Source of the DNA: Oligoflexia bacterium
Lineage (GTDB): Bacteria > Bdellovibrionota > UBA1018
DNA length: 64,000 nucleotides
Reading direction: 5' to 3'
Assembly (NCBI GenBank): GCA_014378465.1
Contig: JACMNQ010000065.1
Location: 5,186-69,185, forward strand
Under the pieces are notes generated by a model. It worked only from the letters and a program-made list of their open reading frames with translations. It ran no database searches and had not been told where the DNA came from. A program made the position numbers and the translations under genes. This document shows, piece after piece, positions 61,811-64,000 of this stretch. How positions within the stretch are numbered: position 1 is the first letter of the stretch; each line of letters starts with the position of its first letter.

Positions 61811-61829
61811 TTTTCTGAAGTGAAATTTT

Positions 61830-63014
61830 TTGTCGAAAATCACCGTCATCTTTCATCTGGATCTCGACAGTTTCTTCGTTTCGGCTGAGCGTCTCGCTCG
61901 GCCGGAGCTGAAGGGCAAGTGCGTTGCCGTCGGGGGAGAAGGTGGACGGGGAGTCATTTCGTCAGCTTCCTATGAGGCGCGAAAGTTCGGTGTGCGTTCG
62001 GCGATGCCCACGGCGCAGGCCCTTCGGCTCTGTCCACGGCTGATTCTGCTTCCTTCCAATTTTGCGCTCTACTCGCGTCTTTCCAAGCAGGTCTTCGATA
62101 TCCTGAGCCGCTACACGCCCACTTATGAAGCCGTGAGTGTTGACGAAGCTTACCTCGACATGAGTGGCAGTGAGTCGCTTTTTGGGAAGGCGAAAGAAGC
62201 GGCCGAACTCATGCGGGCGGAAATTCTCGCCAAAACGGGGCTGACGGCGTCGATCGGCATTTCATCCAATCGCCTGGTTTCAAAAGTGGCGAGTGATTTC
62301 GCGAAACCCGATGGGGTTCACGAAGTACTGCAGGGAGAAGAAGCCCGGTTTCTGGCTCCGCTTGCCGTCCGGGTTCTGCCTGGAGTCGGCAAAGTGAGTG
62401 AGCAGTGGCTTCATGAACGCAGGATCTTCAAAGTCTTTGAGCTGCAGAAGTATGCAGTCGAGACGCTCGAGCGTCACCTGGGCAAGTACGGACTCTACCT
62501 GCATGAAGCGGCCTGGGGTCGAGGCAGCACCGCCTTTCACGAAGAATCAAGGACTCGCTCCATGTCCAGAGAGCAGACTTTCGAAGTGAATGTCTTCGAA
62601 GAGAAGATTTTGAAGAAGGAGCTCTGGACAATGGCGGCAGACCTCGGCAATTCGCTGCGCTCTGAAGCGGAAACCCACCGCGATCACGCCACCACGGTCA
62701 GGCTCAAGATTCGCTACGCCCCCTTTGATACGGTGACTCGCTCGCGTGTCCTGCCTGCACCGGCCAAGCAGGACCTCGAGATTTACAAGGCCATCGAAAG
62801 GCTTTTTGAAGAGAACTGGGATCCGTATCGGCCCGTGCGCCTCATTGGCGCCGGAATCGTGCTTGGCGAAGGAGCGCATCAACTGAACCTTTTTGAAAAT
62901 TCACCTGCGAAGAATCAGGAGCATCTCAAGCGGGGCGCGATCGACGAACTCAAGGACAGGCTTCGCGAAAAATTTGGTCCGAACGCCCTGCGCACGGGTC
63001 GGGATTATGAGTAG
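61830..63014 (+). CDS. dinB: DNA polymerase IV (Y-family)
   Basis: FHLDLDSFFVSAE (catalytic Asp pair), SVDEAYLD, palm/fingers/little-finger organisation. 394 aa. Confidence 0.85.
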   Translation: MSKITVIFHLDLDSFFVSAERLARPELKGKCVAVGGEGGRGVISSASYEARKFGVRSAMPTAQALRLCPRLILLPSNFALYSRLSKQVFDILSRYTPTYEAVSVDEAYLDMSGSESLFGKAKEAAELMRAEILAKTGLTASIGISSNRLVSKVASDFAKPDGVHEVLQGEEARFLAPLAVRVLPGVGKVSEQWLHERRIFKVFELQKYAVETLERHLGKYGLYLHEAAWGRGSTAFHEESRTRSMSREQTFEVNVFEEKILKKELWTMAADLGNSLRSEAETHRDHATTVRLKIRYAPFDTVTRSRVLPAPAKQDLEIYKAIERLFEENWDPYRPVRLIGAGIVLGEGAHQLNLFENSPAKNQEHLKRGAIDELKDRLREKFGPNALRTGRDYE

Positions 63015-63035
63015 TTCAGGCTGGATTGTGGTGTT

Positions 63036-63500
63036 CTAGGCGGCGTCCTCGGCGGTCCATGGGCCCCCAGGGGCGTCACCCAGTGCGCCTGTGAGAGGAA
63101 GTTCAATTGCCGCGGGTTCCACGGAGTGTTTGCGGTAGCTGTGCCTTTTGCGCTCGACGTAATCATGAAGGACTCGCTGAGCCGCATGAAATGCGTCCGA
63201 CAGGGAAGTGGTCAGGATCCTGTGAGTGATCTGATTGTGAGGATCACCTCCCACGACGAGTTGTTCTCCGGGAACATCCAGGGTGATGCGGACCCGGAAG
63301 AGATTGCCTCGTTGATGATGTCGGTGAGGTGCTTCAACCATCACCTGGCAGCCGACTACCCGGTGGTAGTAGCTGACCAGCTTGTTCGCTTTTCTTTCAG
63401 TCATCGCTCTTTCGTCCAAGGAAGGGTAAAAGTCTCTGAAGATGATATGAGGGGATTGGTCCATGAGAAACCTCCGAGCAAATAGATCTACAGAAGTCAT
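63036..63500 (-). CDS. hpf: ribosome hibernation promoting factor / RaiA family protein
   Basis: beta-alpha-beta-beta-beta-alpha pattern with a basic patch (YYHRVVGCQVMVEAPHRHHQRG...RVRITLDVPGEQLVV...DAFHAAQRVLHDYVERKRH). The real start may be the internal MDQSP. Confidence 0.6.
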   Translation of the reverse strand: MTSVDLFARRFLMDQSPHIIFRDFYPSLDERAMTERKANKLVSYYHRVVGCQVMVEAPHRHHQRGNLFRVRITLDVPGEQLVVGGDPHNQITHRILTTSLSDAFHAAQRVLHDYVERKRHSYRKHSVEPAAIELPLTGALGDAPGGPWTAEDAA

Positions 63501-63635
63501 GCCGCATCAAACGGTCAGCTGAAATTTGGGCGGCCGGGGAGCATTCTGATGGAGGGCGGCCGGCTTGAGAGCCTTCCCGGCTTCCTAACGGATTCCTGAC
63601 ATGAATTTCGGCGAGTTCGGGGTTAAATCAGAATT

Positions 63636-64000
63636 ATGGATCCGCTCAGTTCAATGAAGTCCTGCAAAGTGCTGCTGGTTGAAGACGAGGCGGATGTACG
63701 CGAGCTGATGCACCTTCATCTCAAAAGGGATGGTCTGCAGTGCGTGGCGGTCGAAGACGGCGAAAAAGCTCTTGAGATCCTGCGCCAGGAGTCCTTTGAT
63801 CTGCTCGTTCTGGACTGGATGCTGCCGGGAGTGTCAGGGCTTGAGATCTGCAAATGGGCTCATGCCCAGAAGAATGGCACACCCATCCTCATGGTGACGG
63901 CTCGAGCGGACACTCCGGATATCGTCCGTGGACTGGACGCGGGAGCGGATGATTACGTCACCAAGCCGTTTGATGTTCCTGTTTTTCTCGCTCGCGTTCG
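63636..64000 (+). CDS. response regulator (receiver domain; 3' end outside window)
   Basis: KVLLVEDEADVRELM...DLLVLDWMLPGVSGLEIC...ILMVTARAD...GADDYVTKPF. Open to the window end, so it is not in the ORF track. Confidence 0.7.
   Translation, partial: MDPLSSMKSCKVLLVEDEADVRELMHLHLKRDGLQCVAVEDGEKALEILRQESFDLLVLDWMLPGVSGLEICKWAHAQKNGTPILMVTARADTPDIVRGLDAGADDYVTKPFDVPVFLARV

Noticed and set aside
1-64000. searched for tRNA/rRNA genes, CRISPR repeat arrays, transposase/integrase genes and phage structural genes
   Set aside because: No cloverleaf-compatible segments, no spaced short direct-repeat arrays, and no DDE or tyrosine-recombinase motifs were seen in any frame. The window looks like core chromosome apart from the compositional break at 36431-36538.

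Overview
Coding-dense, GC-rich (~57%) bacterial chromosomal segment with no rRNA, tRNA, CRISPR array, transposase or integrase detected. Gene content is consistent with a Bdellovibrionota-like predatory lineage: a Bdellovibrio-type histone-fold gene, many secreted or lipoprotein hydrolases, and several proteins with lysine-rich tails. This taxonomic placement is inference only. Housekeeping genes include CDF transporter, HAD hydrolase, RluA-family pseudouridine synthase, thioredoxin 2, M20 peptidase, SIS protein, RmuC, PrkA, DEAD-box helicase, bacterioferritin-like protein, aconitase A, H+/Na+-pyrophosphatase, HrpB, HtpX, DinB, HPF, LOG and FKBP. The most notable loci are listed here. (1) A type IIB topoisomerase operon (Topo VI B then A, archaeal/plant type) in which the B subunit carries lysine/alanine-rich tails. 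(2) About 3 kb away, a short histone-fold (HBb-like) gene preceded by four tandem 10-bp repeats; it appears co-directional and possibly co-transcribed with a SAM-methyltransferase, a truncated hemoglobin and a GNAT acetyltransferase. (3) A two-gene secreted module whose second gene encodes a lipoprotein ending in a complete YoeB/RelE-fold mRNA-interferase-like domain, with no recognisable antitoxin and an AT-rich 3' flank. (4) A bphO-bphP-REC-hybrid HK photosensory operon. (5) A permuted PEP-utilizing-enzyme-family protein followed by an MFS transporter. (6) A radical-SAM + GT2 pair. (7) An outer-membrane protein locus with a start-less truncated paralog, a 49-bp perfect palindrome and a 15-bp direct repeat. 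(8) A +1 frameshifted AI-2E transporter, a G9 homopolymer in a divergent promoter region, and an in-frame 15-bp x3 repeat inside a B12-radical SAM gene. Secreted nucleic-acid catabolism genes (endonuclease I, lipoprotein 5'-nucleotidase, signal-peptide nucleoside hydrolase) are scattered through the window. All functional calls come from motif recognition in the supplied translations; no database search was possible.
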